Assembly: GCA_021732645.1 (NCBI GenBank)
Contig: JAKFUQ010000043.1
Span: 1 to 36,736, forward strand
Direction of reading: 5' to 3'
DNA: 36,736 bases
From: Rhizobacter sp.
GTDB lineage: Bacteria; Pseudomonadota; Gammaproteobacteria; Burkholderiales; Burkholderiaceae_C
Positions 8,914 to 19,084 of the stretch are shown here, piece after piece (within the stretch, counting starts at the first letter, position 1; each line of letters begins with the position of its first letter). Made by a program: the position numbers and the translations under genes. Below the pieces are notes generated by a model, which saw nothing but the letters and a program-made list of their open reading frames with translations, did no database searches and was not told where the DNA came from.

Positions 8914-11736
8914 TCAGTGCAACACGCCGTCGCGCCGTGCTGCGAGCACGGCGTTGACTCGGCCCGTCACACCGAGCTTGCTGTAGATCGACTTCAGGTA
9001 CCACTTGACCGTGTCGACACCGATGCCCAGTGCGCGCGCAATTTCCTTGTTCGATAGCCCGCGCGCCAGCAGTTGCAGCACGTCAGCTTCGCGGCGCTTT
9101 AGCGCGTTGACGTTGGCGGTACCGGTGTCGGCCACGGCGATAAGGCTGCCTGAAACGCTGCGGGCTGGCCCGTCGGTCTCAGGGCCCGGCCCGGCCAACT
9201 CGGCCAGCTTGACCAGCGAGGCACCCCATGGCGCGCGCAGCATCTGGTTGGTCGACACACGCGTGTGCACCAGGCTCGTGAGCTCGATGAAGCGCTCGCC
9301 TTCGTCGAGAAAGCTGCGGCACACGCCGATCCCGATCCCGACGCGTAGCGCCCCTGCAGCCATCTCGAGCGCCTGGTCGAGCCGTCCGATGCCGTCTAGC
9401 GCGAGCGCCATGAGGATACGCACCCGGATTTCGAGCCACAGCCCCCGCCGCTCGATGGCGCTGTTCAACACCGGCTGCAGTACCTGTTCCGCCTTCGCCG
9501 CCTGGCCCTGTGCCATCAAAACGCGGCTGTGGGCCAGCGCAACGCACTCCCAGCCCCGAGGCGGTGTGGCGCCTCGTGTGATGGACGGCGTGCTGTCTAG
9601 GGACAGCTCGTCCTGAGCCTGCGTCAGCCAGCGCTGTGCGGCATCGAGGTCGCCTTGTCCGAGCGCGTGGCGTATGCGCTCGCCGAGCACGGCGGCCCGT
9701 AGCCGGGCAAAGCCGAGGTGCTTGACGGTGCGCTCGCCCTCGTCGAGCACATCGCGAGCGGCGTCGGTGTTGCCACGCTGCACCAGCAACCGGCTCGATC
9801 CCACATAGGTCGCAATGAAGAAATCGGCGACGCCGCCTTCCACGCCCAGCGCACGGCTGTCCTCTAGCAGGCGACCGGCCTCGTCGAGCTCGTTCATCTC
9901 GACCAGCAATTCGCCCAGCAGCGCCTCGGCCAAGCGTGCGGCATGCGACTGCCGCCCGATACCGGTGACGGCCAGTTCGTGCGCGCTGCGGAAGTGTCCG
10001 GTGGCCTCGGTGAATCGCCCCAGTTCACGCGCTGCAATGCCCGCGAAGCAACGCCCGTAGACGCCACTGAATGGCCCTTCGGTGCGCTCGTGGAATGGCT
10101 TGGCAAGCACCTGCAGTGTGATCGCTTCCTCGTACGCATGCCGCTGCAGCAGGACATAGGTGTACACGTTGGAGGCGACGGACACGAGCCATGGTCGGTA
10201 GCTGGCGTCCGGCGCGATACATGCGCGCACCAAGTCCTCGACGCCGTCGACCTCGTCGCTGTAGATATTCATGCAGGCTTCCACCACGCGCGCTTCGGCC
10301 AGCGCCTCGATCACGTCGTCGGTGTCGTCCGTTGTCGCCCCGCCGGCGAGGCGGCGCTGTAGTTCCGAGACGGCCAGGGTCAGTGAGCCGCGCGCCTGCG
10401 CGGCTCGGTGCGTCAGGCATTGCGCCCAGGCAATCGCCAGTTGCAGTGCCGGCCGGTCCCGCAGTTTCTCGGGCGGCAGTCGCTGCACCAACACGCGCAG
10501 CGTGCTCATCGCGCTTTGCTGCACCAGCCACATCGCATCGCGCTCCACCAGTTCGATGGCGCGCTCGGTGTCACCGGCTGCCAGCGCATGGCTGACGGCC
10601 TCGTCGAGGTGCGCGTGGGCGCTGAACCAAGCCGAGGCCGCGCGGTGCAATTCGGCCTTGCGGCACGGCGACTGGCGTTCAAGCCGACGCTGCAGATGGG
10701 CCGCGAAGAGGTGGTGATAGCGGTACCACTCACGGTGTTCGTCGAGCGGCTGGATGAACAGGTCCAGTTTGTCCAGCCGCTCCAGCATCGCCTGGCTGTC
10801 GTCTCGGCCGCTGACGGCTCCGCACAGGCCCGCACACAGGCGATCCAGGATCGAGGTGTCCAGCAGAAACGCCAAAACGTCGACAGGGAGCAGGTCGAGA
10901 ACGTTCTCGGCCAAGTATTCACCCAGCGCATGGTGGTCTCCACCGAAGGTCGCCGCGACGCCGTCGAGCAGGTGTCCGTAGGGCCGATCTGCCGAACCCA
11001 GGTCGTCGGCCGCGTTGCGCAACGACAGCGAGGCCAGCTGTAATGCCGCCACCCATCCCTCGGTGCTGGACCACAGCAATTCGACGGTGGCGGCGTCCAG
11101 CGGCAGGGCGTTGACGTCGCACAGAAAGGCGTGCGACTCGTCGACTGTGAAGCGCAAGTCCGAGGCGCCGATCTCGCACAGCTCGCCTGCCACGCGCAGA
11201 CGTGCCAGCGGCAGGTTCGGTCGCTCGCGGCTCATGATGACGATGTGAAAGCGAGGCGGCGCGAATTCCAGCAGTGACTTCACGGTGTCATGCACTTGCC
11301 GATCGACGATCAGATGCCAGTCGTCCATGACGAGATAGAAGTCGCGTTGCGCATGCTCGAACGCGTTGACCAGTTCGGTCACGACGATGGACGCCGCATG
11401 CTCGGGCCTGGCCTCGAATTGCGCCACCACATCCAACGCCAGGGTGGAGTCGCCCACGCGCACCGCCTCGACCAAGTAGGTGAGGAAGCGGTCGAGCGCG
11501 TTGTCTTCGCTCGACAGGCTGAGCCAAGCGACCGCGGCGCCGGCGGCTTGCAGGCGCTCACGCCACTGCACCGAGAGCGTCGTCTTGCCAAAGCCGGCCG
11601 GACCATGGATCAGCGTCAGGCGGCGATGCCGCTGGGCGTCCAACCGTGCCAGCAGCCGATCGCGCGCCACGAGCGCGCTGTCTCCGGAGGGTGCACGGAA
11701 CTTGGTCGCGATCAGGCGCGGCCGGTCGGCTCGCAT
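8914..11736 (-). CDS. MalT/LAL-family STAND ATPase transcriptional regulator with C-terminal LuxR-type HTH
   Basis: N-terminus LIATKFRAPS...RLTLIHGPAGFGKTTL (Walker A) and DFYLVMDDWH (Walker B). A long helical/TPR-like middle region. C-terminal LuxR HTH LKRREADVLQLLARGLSNKEIARALGIGVDTVKWYLKSIYSKLGV. The start is ambiguous (ATG at 11736, 11811 or 11889); 11736 best matches MalT-type N-termini. Confidence 0.85.
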   Translation of the reverse strand: MRADRPRLIATKFRAPSGDSALVARDRLLARLDAQRHRRLTLIHGPAGFGKTTLSVQWRERLQAAGAAVAWLSLSSEDNALDRFLTYLVEAVRVGDSTLALDVVAQFEARPEHAASIVVTELVNAFEHAQRDFYLVMDDWHLIVDRQVHDTVKSLLEFAPPRFHIVIMSRERPNLPLARLRVAGELCEIGASDLRFTVDESHAFLCDVNALPLDAATVELLWSSTEGWVAALQLASLSLRNAADDLGSADRPYGHLLDGVAATFGGDHHALGEYLAENVLDLLPVDVLAFLLDTSILDRLCAGLCGAVSGRDDSQAMLERLDKLDLFIQPLDEHREWYRYHHLFAAHLQRRLERQSPCRKAELHRAASAWFSAHAHLDEAVSHALAAGDTERAIELVERDAMWLVQQSAMSTLRVLVQRLPPEKLRDRPALQLAIAWAQCLTHRAAQARGSLTLAVSELQRRLAGGATTDDTDDVIEALAEARVVEACMNIYSDEVDGVEDLVRACIAPDASYRPWLVSVASNVYTYVLLQRHAYEEAITLQVLAKPFHERTEGPFSGVYGRCFAGIAARELGRFTEATGHFRSAHELAVTGIGRQSHAARLAEALLGELLVEMNELDEAGRLLEDSRALGVEGGVADFFIATYVGSSRLLVQRGNTDAARDVLDEGERTVKHLGFARLRAAVLGERIRHALGQGDLDAAQRWLTQAQDELSLDSTPSITRGATPPRGWECVALAHSRVLMAQGQAAKAEQVLQPVLNSAIERRGLWLEIRVRILMALALDGIGRLDQALEMAAGALRVGIGIGVCRSFLDEGERFIELTSLVHTRVSTNQMLRAPWGASLVKLAELAGPGPETDGPARSVSGSLIAVADTGTANVNALKRREADVLQLLARGLSNKEIARALGIGVDTVKWYLKSIYSKLGVTGRVNAVLAARRDGVLH

Positions 11737-12199
11737 CGCGTTGCGGGTCACGCTACGGCGTTCCTTGTCGAGGCGGTTGTCGTGCTTGAGCTGGAGATTT
11801 TCGCGTTCCATTCGCGCAGTGTCGTCTTTAGCACCTTGCCGTAGTTGATTTTCGGCAGGGCTTCGCTGCGCGGTGGAGCAGCTGCGCACCGGACTTCAAC
11901 AAGCCCACGGCGTGCGCAACGCGGCAGCGTCGATGAGCCGAATCACCGGCATGCCCGGCTACCGGTGACGCTGGGCCAGAAATCCCGGGGTAAACCAGCG
12001 CGGGTTTCCCCATCTACCCGCTGCTTCCACCCCTATGTTGTAGTGCTTGCTACCCGTCTGGGAGGTGATCCCGCGGCGCTGTGTCCCTACGCTTGCCTAC
12101 GTGCATCGTCCAGCCTGAATGCACTCAGTCATGAGCTGGCAGGGCGGAAGGCATGTGACGGCAGAGATGGCCTGTCACTCATCAACCTGGGAATCATTC

Positions 12200-14137
12200 A
12201 TGGGCCTACAGATCAACATCGACAACGGCGGAACGCTGACAGACATCTGCATCATCGGTGGTCCGCAGGTCCAGAAAACCAAGGTGCTGACCACGCCTTA
12301 CGACCTCAGCAAGTGCTTCTTCGAGGGCCTGGAGAAGGCCTCCGATGTGGTTTATGGCAAGCCCGATGTCGCTCGCTTGCTTGAAGAGGTGGACCTGATC
12401 CGCTACTCGACCACGCAGGGCACCAATGCCATCTGCGAGCGCAAGGGGCCGCGACTCGGGCTGATCCTCGACGCCAAAGGGGCGGCACTGGTTGGGCGGT
12501 TGGTCGAACACGACCCGGAGGTGTACTCGGCGCTGGTGGGTGACCGGGTGGTTTTTCTGGGCACCGACCTCGTCACGGGCGACACGGCGCAGCTGGAGGT
12601 GGTCAAAGCCATCAATCAGCTGACGGCTTCCGGCGCGAGCCGCATCGTGGTCAGTTTCGCAACGCCGGATTTCATCGCGGTCGAAGACGCGTTCCGCAAG
12701 GTGGCGCTGCGCAAATACCCGCGCCACTTGCTGGGCGCCGTGCCGATGCTCTACGGCAGCGACTTGAGCATCGACCGCGATCCGGTGCGTCGCACCTGGA
12801 CGGCGCTGATCAACTCTTTCCTCCATCCCGGCATGGAAGCGTTTCTGTACAACGCGGAAAACCGTCTGCGTCAGTACCGCACCAAGAACCCGTTGCTGAT
12901 CTTCCGCAATGACGGGGACGCCTCGCGCGTGGCCAAGACCATCGCGATCAAGACCTACAGCTCCGGCCCGCGCGGCGGTGTCGAAGGCGTCAAGGCGTTC
13001 TCCAGGGTTTACGGCTACACCGATGTCGTCGGGATCGACGTCGGTGGCACCACCACCGACGTGTGCCAGTACGTAGCCGGTGGCGTGGCCGAAGTGCGCC
13101 ACGGGCATGTCGAGGGCATCAGCGTGTCGTTGCCGCTGTGCGAGATCGTCAGCGTCGGGGCCGGTGGCAGCTCGATCATCAAGGTGGTCGGCGGCAAGAT
13201 CGTCATCGGCCCGGAAAGCGTTGGCGCCGTGCCCGGCCCGGCCTGCTTCGGGCGCGGTGGCCAGTTCGCCACCATCACCGATGCGAGCCTGTTGCTGGGG
13301 CTGTTCGATCCGAAGTCGTATTTCGGCGGCGGCATGGGTCTCGACCTCGACCGCGCCGCGACGGCGATTGCGGTCAACGTGGCCGAACCGCTCGGGCTGA
13401 AGCTGGAAGAGGCCTTGCAGCAGATGGAGCTGGCGTTCGAGGCGAAGGTCGCTGCCGAATTGCAGCGTGCCACCAAGATCTCCAAGGACAGCGTGCTGCT
13501 GGCATTCGGCGGTGCTGGGCCGCTCAACGCCTGCGGTGTGGCCGAGGTGGCCGGCATCACCCAGGTGGCGGTGCCGCAGATGGCGGCTGTTTTCAGCGCC
13601 TACGGCATCGGCAGCTGCGACATCTCGCAGCGCTACACCGAATCGCTGACCCGCAACGACCAGAGCGGGCTCGACGCTGCGCTGGCAGCGCTGCAGGCCA
13701 AGGCCGGCCGCGACATGTATGCCGAGGGATTCGACAAGGGCCAGTACGAGATCGAAGCCCGGCTGGTGGCCACCGACGCCACAGGCACTGAAACCAGCCA
13801 CCCGTTGAACGGCACGCCGACTTTCCCGGCGGGCATCGCGGCGGCGGCCACGGTCGAGCTGGAACTGGCCGCCATCAAGCGTCTGCGGGCAGACACGGGT
13901 GTGACCGCACGGGTCACTGTGGGTGCAGCGGCGACAGCGGTCGGTGTGCGTAACGTCCTGGCGCGCGGCCGCGGGCGCATCGATGTGCCGGTCTATCGGC
14001 TCGCCGCGTTGAAACCGGGCGACCACGCGGTGGGCCCGGCCATCGTTGAAGAAGACTATTTCACCTGCCGCGTGCTCGAAGGCTGGACCTTCGTCATCAG
14101 CGACGCTGGCGACATCCTGTTGAACAGAAAGGCTTGA
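12200..14137 (+). CDS. Hydantoinase A/oxoprolinase-family ATPase subunit (carboxylase alpha-prime-like paralog)
   Basis: 645 aa. ASKHA-type phosphate motifs NIDNGGTLTD and GIDVGGTTTDV show the HyuA/AcxA family architecture. The start is an internal ATG at 12200 of track ORF 12119..14137. Confidence 0.85.
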   Translation: MGLQINIDNGGTLTDICIIGGPQVQKTKVLTTPYDLSKCFFEGLEKASDVVYGKPDVARLLEEVDLIRYSTTQGTNAICERKGPRLGLILDAKGAALVGRLVEHDPEVYSALVGDRVVFLGTDLVTGDTAQLEVVKAINQLTASGASRIVVSFATPDFIAVEDAFRKVALRKYPRHLLGAVPMLYGSDLSIDRDPVRRTWTALINSFLHPGMEAFLYNAENRLRQYRTKNPLLIFRNDGDASRVAKTIAIKTYSSGPRGGVEGVKAFSRVYGYTDVVGIDVGGTTTDVCQYVAGGVAEVRHGHVEGISVSLPLCEIVSVGAGGSSIIKVVGGKIVIGPESVGAVPGPACFGRGGQFATITDASLLLGLFDPKSYFGGGMGLDLDRAATAIAVNVAEPLGLKLEEALQQMELAFEAKVAAELQRATKISKDSVLLAFGGAGPLNACGVAEVAGITQVAVPQMAAVFSAYGIGSCDISQRYTESLTRNDQSGLDAALAALQAKAGRDMYAEGFDKGQYEIEARLVATDATGTETSHPLNGTPTFPAGIAAAATVELELAAIKRLRADTGVTARVTVGAAATAVGVRNVLARGRGRIDVPVYRLAALKPGDHAVGPAIVEEDYFTCRVLEGWTFVISDAGDILLNRKA

Positions 14138-14142
14138 AGACC

Positions 14143-14544
14143 ATGAAGGTTCTGATGACGGAATACCTGCGCGTCGATCTCGATGCGGAGCAATGGGAAT
14201 GCCGGGTCTGCGACCACGTGATCGGCATGGCCACCAAGAGCTACAAGGAAGGCATGCTGGTCTACGACCGCGACCCGCGCGAAATCCACCCACCGATCAT
14301 CGACCCGGAGCGCTACAAGTTCACCTTCAGCCCCGACCCGGAATGGGTGCGCATCCTCGAGTACTACTGCCCGAGCTGCGGCACACAGGTCGAGACCGAG
14401 TACGCGATCCCGGGGCACCCGCCGCTGTACGACATGCAGCCCGACCTGCCCGCACTGCGTGCGCAGTGGGCCAAGCGTGAAGAGCTGAAAGAAGGCGTGG
14501 TCGGACCGGCGGTGACCTCCGGCTCAGGCGGCCACTCACACTGA
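14143..14544 (+). CDS. Acetone/acetophenone carboxylase gamma-subunit-like zinc-ribbon protein
   Basis: 133 aa. CRVCDHV...YYCPSCGTQVE (two CxxC pairs) and conserved EYLRVDLD...YKFTFSPDPEWVRILEYYCP, typical of AcxC-like subunits. GAAAGG lies 11 nt upstream of ATG 14143. Confidence 0.8.
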   Translation: MKVLMTEYLRVDLDAEQWECRVCDHVIGMATKSYKEGMLVYDRDPREIHPPIIDPERYKFTFSPDPEWVRILEYYCPSCGTQVETEYAIPGHPPLYDMQPDLPALRAQWAKREELKEGVVGPAVTSGSGGHSH

Positions 14545-14627
14545 CCGATCCACTGCGGGGTGGCGCTGTCGGCGCCGGTCCCCGCGGTCCGATCGAGCAC
14601 CAGCCGCCATCCAGGCAAGGAGAAAAA

Positions 14628-16763
14628 ATGCGACGCATATCCGTAGACATCGGCGGCACCTTCACCGACTGCTTTGTGGTCTGGGACGGCCAGTACATCG
14701 AAGCCAAGGCGCTCACCACCCACCACAACCTGGCGCTCGGTTTCAATGAGGCGCTCGAAAAAGCCAACAAGGTGCTGGGCCTCGAACTCGAAACCATCCT
14801 GTCCGAGGTCGACTCGGTGCGCTATGCGACCACGCTGGGCACCAACGCGCTGATCGAGCACAAGGGGCCGAAGATCGGCATGCTGGTCACCGCAGGCTTC
14901 GAGGCCACGGTGCCGCTGAGCCGTGCGCGCGGCTACGGTGATGGCCTGGACTCGCTGGCCCAGCAGGACATGCCCAATGCGCAGCGCCCAGCGCCGCTGG
15001 TGGCTGCGCACATGATCTATGGCGTGCGCGAACGCATGGATTTCGAGGGCAAGCTGGTGATGCCGCTGGACGAAGAGGACGTGCGCCGGCAGATCCGTTC
15101 GCTGGTGAACCGCGGCGCGCAGATCATCGTCGTGGCGCTGGTCAACAGCGTGGTCAACCCGTCGCACGAGCAGCGCATCGAGGAGATCCTGTTCGAGGAA
15201 TACCCGTCGCATTTGCTGGGCGCTATTCCCGTCATCCTGTCCCACCAGGTGGCCGGTCGCAAGGGCGAGTACGTGCGCGCCACCTCGGCGGTCGTCGACG
15301 GCTACCTGCACTCGACGATGTACCACGCGCTGTCGGCACTCGAGCAGAACCTGCGGGCGCACAAGTACAACAAGCCGATGCTGGTGATCCACAACTCCGG
15401 CGGCATGGCGCAGCTGAATTCCACCGACGCGCTGCAGACCATCCACTCGGGCCCGGTGTCGGGCATCGCGGCGTCTGAACACCTGGCAATGCAGGCCGAT
15501 CTGGGCAATGTGGTCGCCACCGACATGGGCGGCACCAGCTACGACATCGGCATCGTCGTCGAAGGGGGCGTCAAGCACTACGACTTCAACCCGGTGATCG
15601 ACCGCTGGCTGGTCTCAGTGCCGATGGTGCACCTGGTGACCTTGGGCGCTGGCGGCGGCTCGATCGCCGCCTACGACCGGATGTACCACACGGTGAAATG
15701 CGGGCCGCAAAGTGCGGCCTCCGATCCGGGCCCGGCCTGCTACGACCGCGGCGGCATGAACCCGACGGTGACCGATGCCGACCTGGTCCTCGGCTACCTA
15801 GACGCCAAAAACTACGCCGGCGGTTCGATCCCGCTGAACACGCGCCGTGCGATCGCCGCGATTGAAGACACGTTGTGCGACGACCTGGATTGCTCGGTCA
15901 TCGAAGCGGCGCTGGCAATTCGCGAGAAGGTCGACGACAACATGGCCAATGGCCTGTTCACCGAACTGCGCGCGCGCGGTTACGACCCGAAAGCGTTCAC
16001 GATGCTGGCCTACGGCGGCAACGGCCCGCTGCACTGCTGCGGCATCGCGCGCAACCTCGGCATCGACAAGATACTGGCGCCGCCACTGAGCTCGGTGTTC
16101 TCGGCGGTCGGGGCCGGCAACATGCACCAGCTGCACATCCACGAGCAGTCGCTGTACATGGTGATGTACGACTCGAACACGCGGCACGTCTTCGACGACT
16201 ACCCGCGCTTCAACAGCATCGTGGCCGAGTTGAAGGAACTGGGGACGCAGGATTTGCTGCGCCAAGGCATCGAGCGCAGCCAGATCCAGTACAGCCTCGA
16301 ACTCGACATGCGCTACGGCAACCAGCTGGTGACGACCACGGCGGTGATTCCGCAGCACGAGGTGCACGGCGTGGCCGATGTGCTGGCGATCATTTCGCAG
16401 TTCTCGAACGATTACGGCAAGCGCTTCGGCGAAGGCAGCCAGGCGCCCGAAGCCGGCATCCGGATCAACACCATCCGCGTGGCGGCCTTCGTGCGGCACG
16501 AGACGGTGACCTTCGAAGACATCAAGCCGGTGGCCGCCGAGTTGCGCAAGGGGCCTCCGAAACCGGAGACCGTGCGCCAATGCCATTTCGTAGGCCATGA
16601 AGGCGCCATCGAAACGCCGGTGTGGAACCGCTCTGCCATAGCCCCTGGCGTGCAGATTTCCGGGCCGGCGATCATCGCCTCGGAAGTGACGACCTTCCTG
16701 GTCGATCCCGGATGGACCTTCGTGGCGGCGCGCCAAGGCGCGTCATGGTTCCTGCGCGGCTGA
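14628..16763 (+). CDS. Hydantoinase A/acetone carboxylase beta-like ATPase subunit (second HyuA paralog)
   Basis: 711 aa. MRRISVDIGGTFTDCF and VVATDMGGTSYDIGIV motifs. Strong SD AAGGAGAAAAA before the ATG. Confidence 0.88.
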   Translation: MRRISVDIGGTFTDCFVVWDGQYIEAKALTTHHNLALGFNEALEKANKVLGLELETILSEVDSVRYATTLGTNALIEHKGPKIGMLVTAGFEATVPLSRARGYGDGLDSLAQQDMPNAQRPAPLVAAHMIYGVRERMDFEGKLVMPLDEEDVRRQIRSLVNRGAQIIVVALVNSVVNPSHEQRIEEILFEEYPSHLLGAIPVILSHQVAGRKGEYVRATSAVVDGYLHSTMYHALSALEQNLRAHKYNKPMLVIHNSGGMAQLNSTDALQTIHSGPVSGIAASEHLAMQADLGNVVATDMGGTSYDIGIVVEGGVKHYDFNPVIDRWLVSVPMVHLVTLGAGGGSIAAYDRMYHTVKCGPQSAASDPGPACYDRGGMNPTVTDADLVLGYLDAKNYAGGSIPLNTRRAIAAIEDTLCDDLDCSVIEAALAIREKVDDNMANGLFTELRARGYDPKAFTMLAYGGNGPLHCCGIARNLGIDKILAPPLSSVFSAVGAGNMHQLHIHEQSLYMVMYDSNTRHVFDDYPRFNSIVAELKELGTQDLLRQGIERSQIQYSLELDMRYGNQLVTTTAVIPQHEVHGVADVLAIISQFSNDYGKRFGEGSQAPEAGIRINTIRVAAFVRHETVTFEDIKPVAAELRKGPPKPETVRQCHFVGHEGAIETPVWNRSAIAPGVQISGPAIIASEVTTFLVDPGWTFVAARQGASWFLRG

Positions 16764-16807
16764 GCGCGCATCGGAACGTTACGACCACCACCAATGAAGA
16801 GGTTGAA

Positions 16808-19084
16808 ATGAGCGAAACCGTCAAGTCCTATGCGCCCAAGGTGCCCAGCGCGGAAGAGATCGCGCTGATCAAGAAATTCTTGAACGACACCACCCTGTTT
16901 CTCGGGCCCGACCCCGAGATCATGACCAACCATGACCTGATGCCGCGCAGTGCGACCGAAGACGCCGCCATCGCGAAGGTCAGCGACGCGCGCACCATCG
17001 CCAAGATCCGCGACCGCATCCAGGCCGGCTGCGACGAGGGTTTCGAGATGGTCGAGCAGATGGGCGCAGCGCCTGGTGCCAAGTGGGGCGACCTGATCAC
17101 CGGCGTCTACTCGGCCGCGGGCGACCTGGCCATCGCCAGCTCTGGCGGTGTGCTGGTGTTCTCGGCGCTGGTGCACCACCCGATCAAGTTCATCATCAAG
17201 AACTGGGTCAACGACCCGACGGTGGGTGTGCGCGAGGGCGACGGCTTCATCCACAACGACTCGCGCTACGGGAACATCCACAACACCGATCAAAGCATGA
17301 TCGTGCCGATGTTCCACCAGGGCAAGATCATCTGCTGGGTGGCCTGCACGGTGCACGAGGGCGAGAACGGGGCGATCGAGCCGGGCGGCATGCCGTCGAT
17401 GGCGGAGAGCCCGTCAGACGAAGGCCTGAAGATGTGCCCGTTCCGTGTCGTCGAGAACTACCAGATCAAGCGTGACATCCTGACCTTTCTGCAGAACTCG
17501 GTGCGCGAACCGAAGCTGCAGTACGAGGACATGAAGGTCAAGCTGTTCGCCTGCTTGCGCATCAAGCAGCGCATCGAGGAAACCATCCGCACCGACGGCC
17601 CCGAGTCGCTGATCTCGACGCTGCGGCTGTCGATGGAAAACGTGCGCACCGAGGTCAAGCGCCGCATCAGCGAGTGGCCCGACATGACGGTGCGCACCTA
17701 CATCATCCAGGACTCGACCTTGCGCGAGAACTGCGTGGTGAAGATCAACTGCCAGCTCACCAAGACCGGTGATCGGTTGATCTTCGACTTCCGCGGCTCC
17801 AGCCCTGAATTCACGAATCGCGCCACCAACACCATCCTCGCCGGCCTCAAGGGGATGCTGTCGCAGGTGTTCCTGAATTATGTCTGGCCCGATCTGCCAC
17901 GCAGCCAGGCGACCTTTGCGCCGATCGAGGTCGTCACCGACCCGCATTCAATCGTCAACAGCTCGTACGACGCACCGAACTCGCAAAGCTTGATGTCGAT
18001 CTTCACCGGCTTCACTGCTGGCCAGCATGCGGTAGCGAAGTTCCTCTACAGCTGCCCCGAAAAGTACACGAAGGTTCACGCACCGACCTTCAACATGATC
18101 AACACCTTCATCTGGGGTGGCGTCAGCCAGCACGGCGAAATTCTTGGCAACCTGTGCGCAGACCTGAACGGCATGGGCGGCGGTGCGCGCTCCGACATGG
18201 ACGGCGAACACGCGCTGGCACCGATCTTTGCCAACATGGCTGACATCGGCGAGCAAGAGATCAACGAAGAAGACGTGCCGTTCTTGCAGCTCGTGTCCAA
18301 GAAGATGACGATGGACGCCATTGCCCCGGGCAAATACCGCGGCGGGCAGGGCTACACGATGATTGTGGCTACCAAGGACAGCGAACAGTGGGGCTTCATG
18401 ACCACGACACAAGGCGCCAAGATTCCACCCATCCAAGGTCTGTTCGGCGGCTACGCCTGCGGGACGTATCCACTCTCGAAGGTGAAGGGCGTCGACGTCT
18501 ACAAGGTGTTGCTGGATCAGCCTGATCGTTTCAAGCACTCTATCGCCGAGATCATGAACGAGCGGCCGTTCGAGAGCGGGACCTACACCACTCACCACAT
18601 GGGCATGGGCTTCGAGATCTCGAAGCGCGGCGAGCTGTTCATGATTTCGCAAGGCGCGGGCGCCGGCTATGGCGACCTGCTGGAGCGCGACCCGGCGGCG
18701 GTGGTGCGTGACATCGAGGAGGGCCTGATGTCGCAAGGCGTGGCCGCGCGCCTGTACAAGGTGCAGTTCGATCCGGTCACGCTGGCCATCGACCATGAGG
18801 CCACCAGCGCCTTGCGCGCCGGCGAACGCAAGGCCCGCATCGCGCGGGGTGTGCCGTTCAAGGACTTCGTCAAGACCTGGAACAAGCCGAAGCCGCCGTC
18901 GCTGTTCCAGTTCTTCGGTTGCTGGGGCGACGATATCGGCACGCTGTACCTGGGCAGCCCGGACATCACGCGCGATGCCAACAAGCCGAAGCCGAACTAC
19001 ATGCGCCACCCGAAAGACGTGCGCATCGAGGAACTGGAAGCACGGCTCGCTGCGCTGGGGGCCTTGAAAGAAGAGAAGCAGTGA
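16808..19084 (+). CDS. Hydantoinase B/acetone carboxylase alpha-like catalytic subunit
   Basis: 758 aa. The HyuB/AcxB-like core includes GDGFIHNDSRYGNIHNTDQ...VHEGENG (putative metal-site region) and PGKYRGGQGY. ATG 16808 follows GAAGAGG. The track ORF starts earlier, at 16622. Confidence 0.88.
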   Translation: MSETVKSYAPKVPSAEEIALIKKFLNDTTLFLGPDPEIMTNHDLMPRSATEDAAIAKVSDARTIAKIRDRIQAGCDEGFEMVEQMGAAPGAKWGDLITGVYSAAGDLAIASSGGVLVFSALVHHPIKFIIKNWVNDPTVGVREGDGFIHNDSRYGNIHNTDQSMIVPMFHQGKIICWVACTVHEGENGAIEPGGMPSMAESPSDEGLKMCPFRVVENYQIKRDILTFLQNSVREPKLQYEDMKVKLFACLRIKQRIEETIRTDGPESLISTLRLSMENVRTEVKRRISEWPDMTVRTYIIQDSTLRENCVVKINCQLTKTGDRLIFDFRGSSPEFTNRATNTILAGLKGMLSQVFLNYVWPDLPRSQATFAPIEVVTDPHSIVNSSYDAPNSQSLMSIFTGFTAGQHAVAKFLYSCPEKYTKVHAPTFNMINTFIWGGVSQHGEILGNLCADLNGMGGGARSDMDGEHALAPIFANMADIGEQEINEEDVPFLQLVSKKMTMDAIAPGKYRGGQGYTMIVATKDSEQWGFMTTTQGAKIPPIQGLFGGYACGTYPLSKVKGVDVYKVLLDQPDRFKHSIAEIMNERPFESGTYTTHHMGMGFEISKRGELFMISQGAGAGYGDLLERDPAAVVRDIEEGLMSQGVAARLYKVQFDPVTLAIDHEATSALRAGERKARIARGVPFKDFVKTWNKPKPPSLFQFFGCWGDDIGTLYLGSPDITRDANKPKPNYMRHPKDVRIEELEARLAALGALKEEKQ

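Noticed and set aside
12137-12153. Sigma-54-like element TGGCAG-N-AGGCA upstream of the first HyuA gene. Acetone carboxylase operons are often sigma-54 dependent.
   Set aside because: The GG-to-GC spacing is off by one relative to the TGGCAC-N5-TTGC consensus, and the -12 element lacks TTGC. The adjacent regulator is LAL-type, not an enhancer-binding protein.
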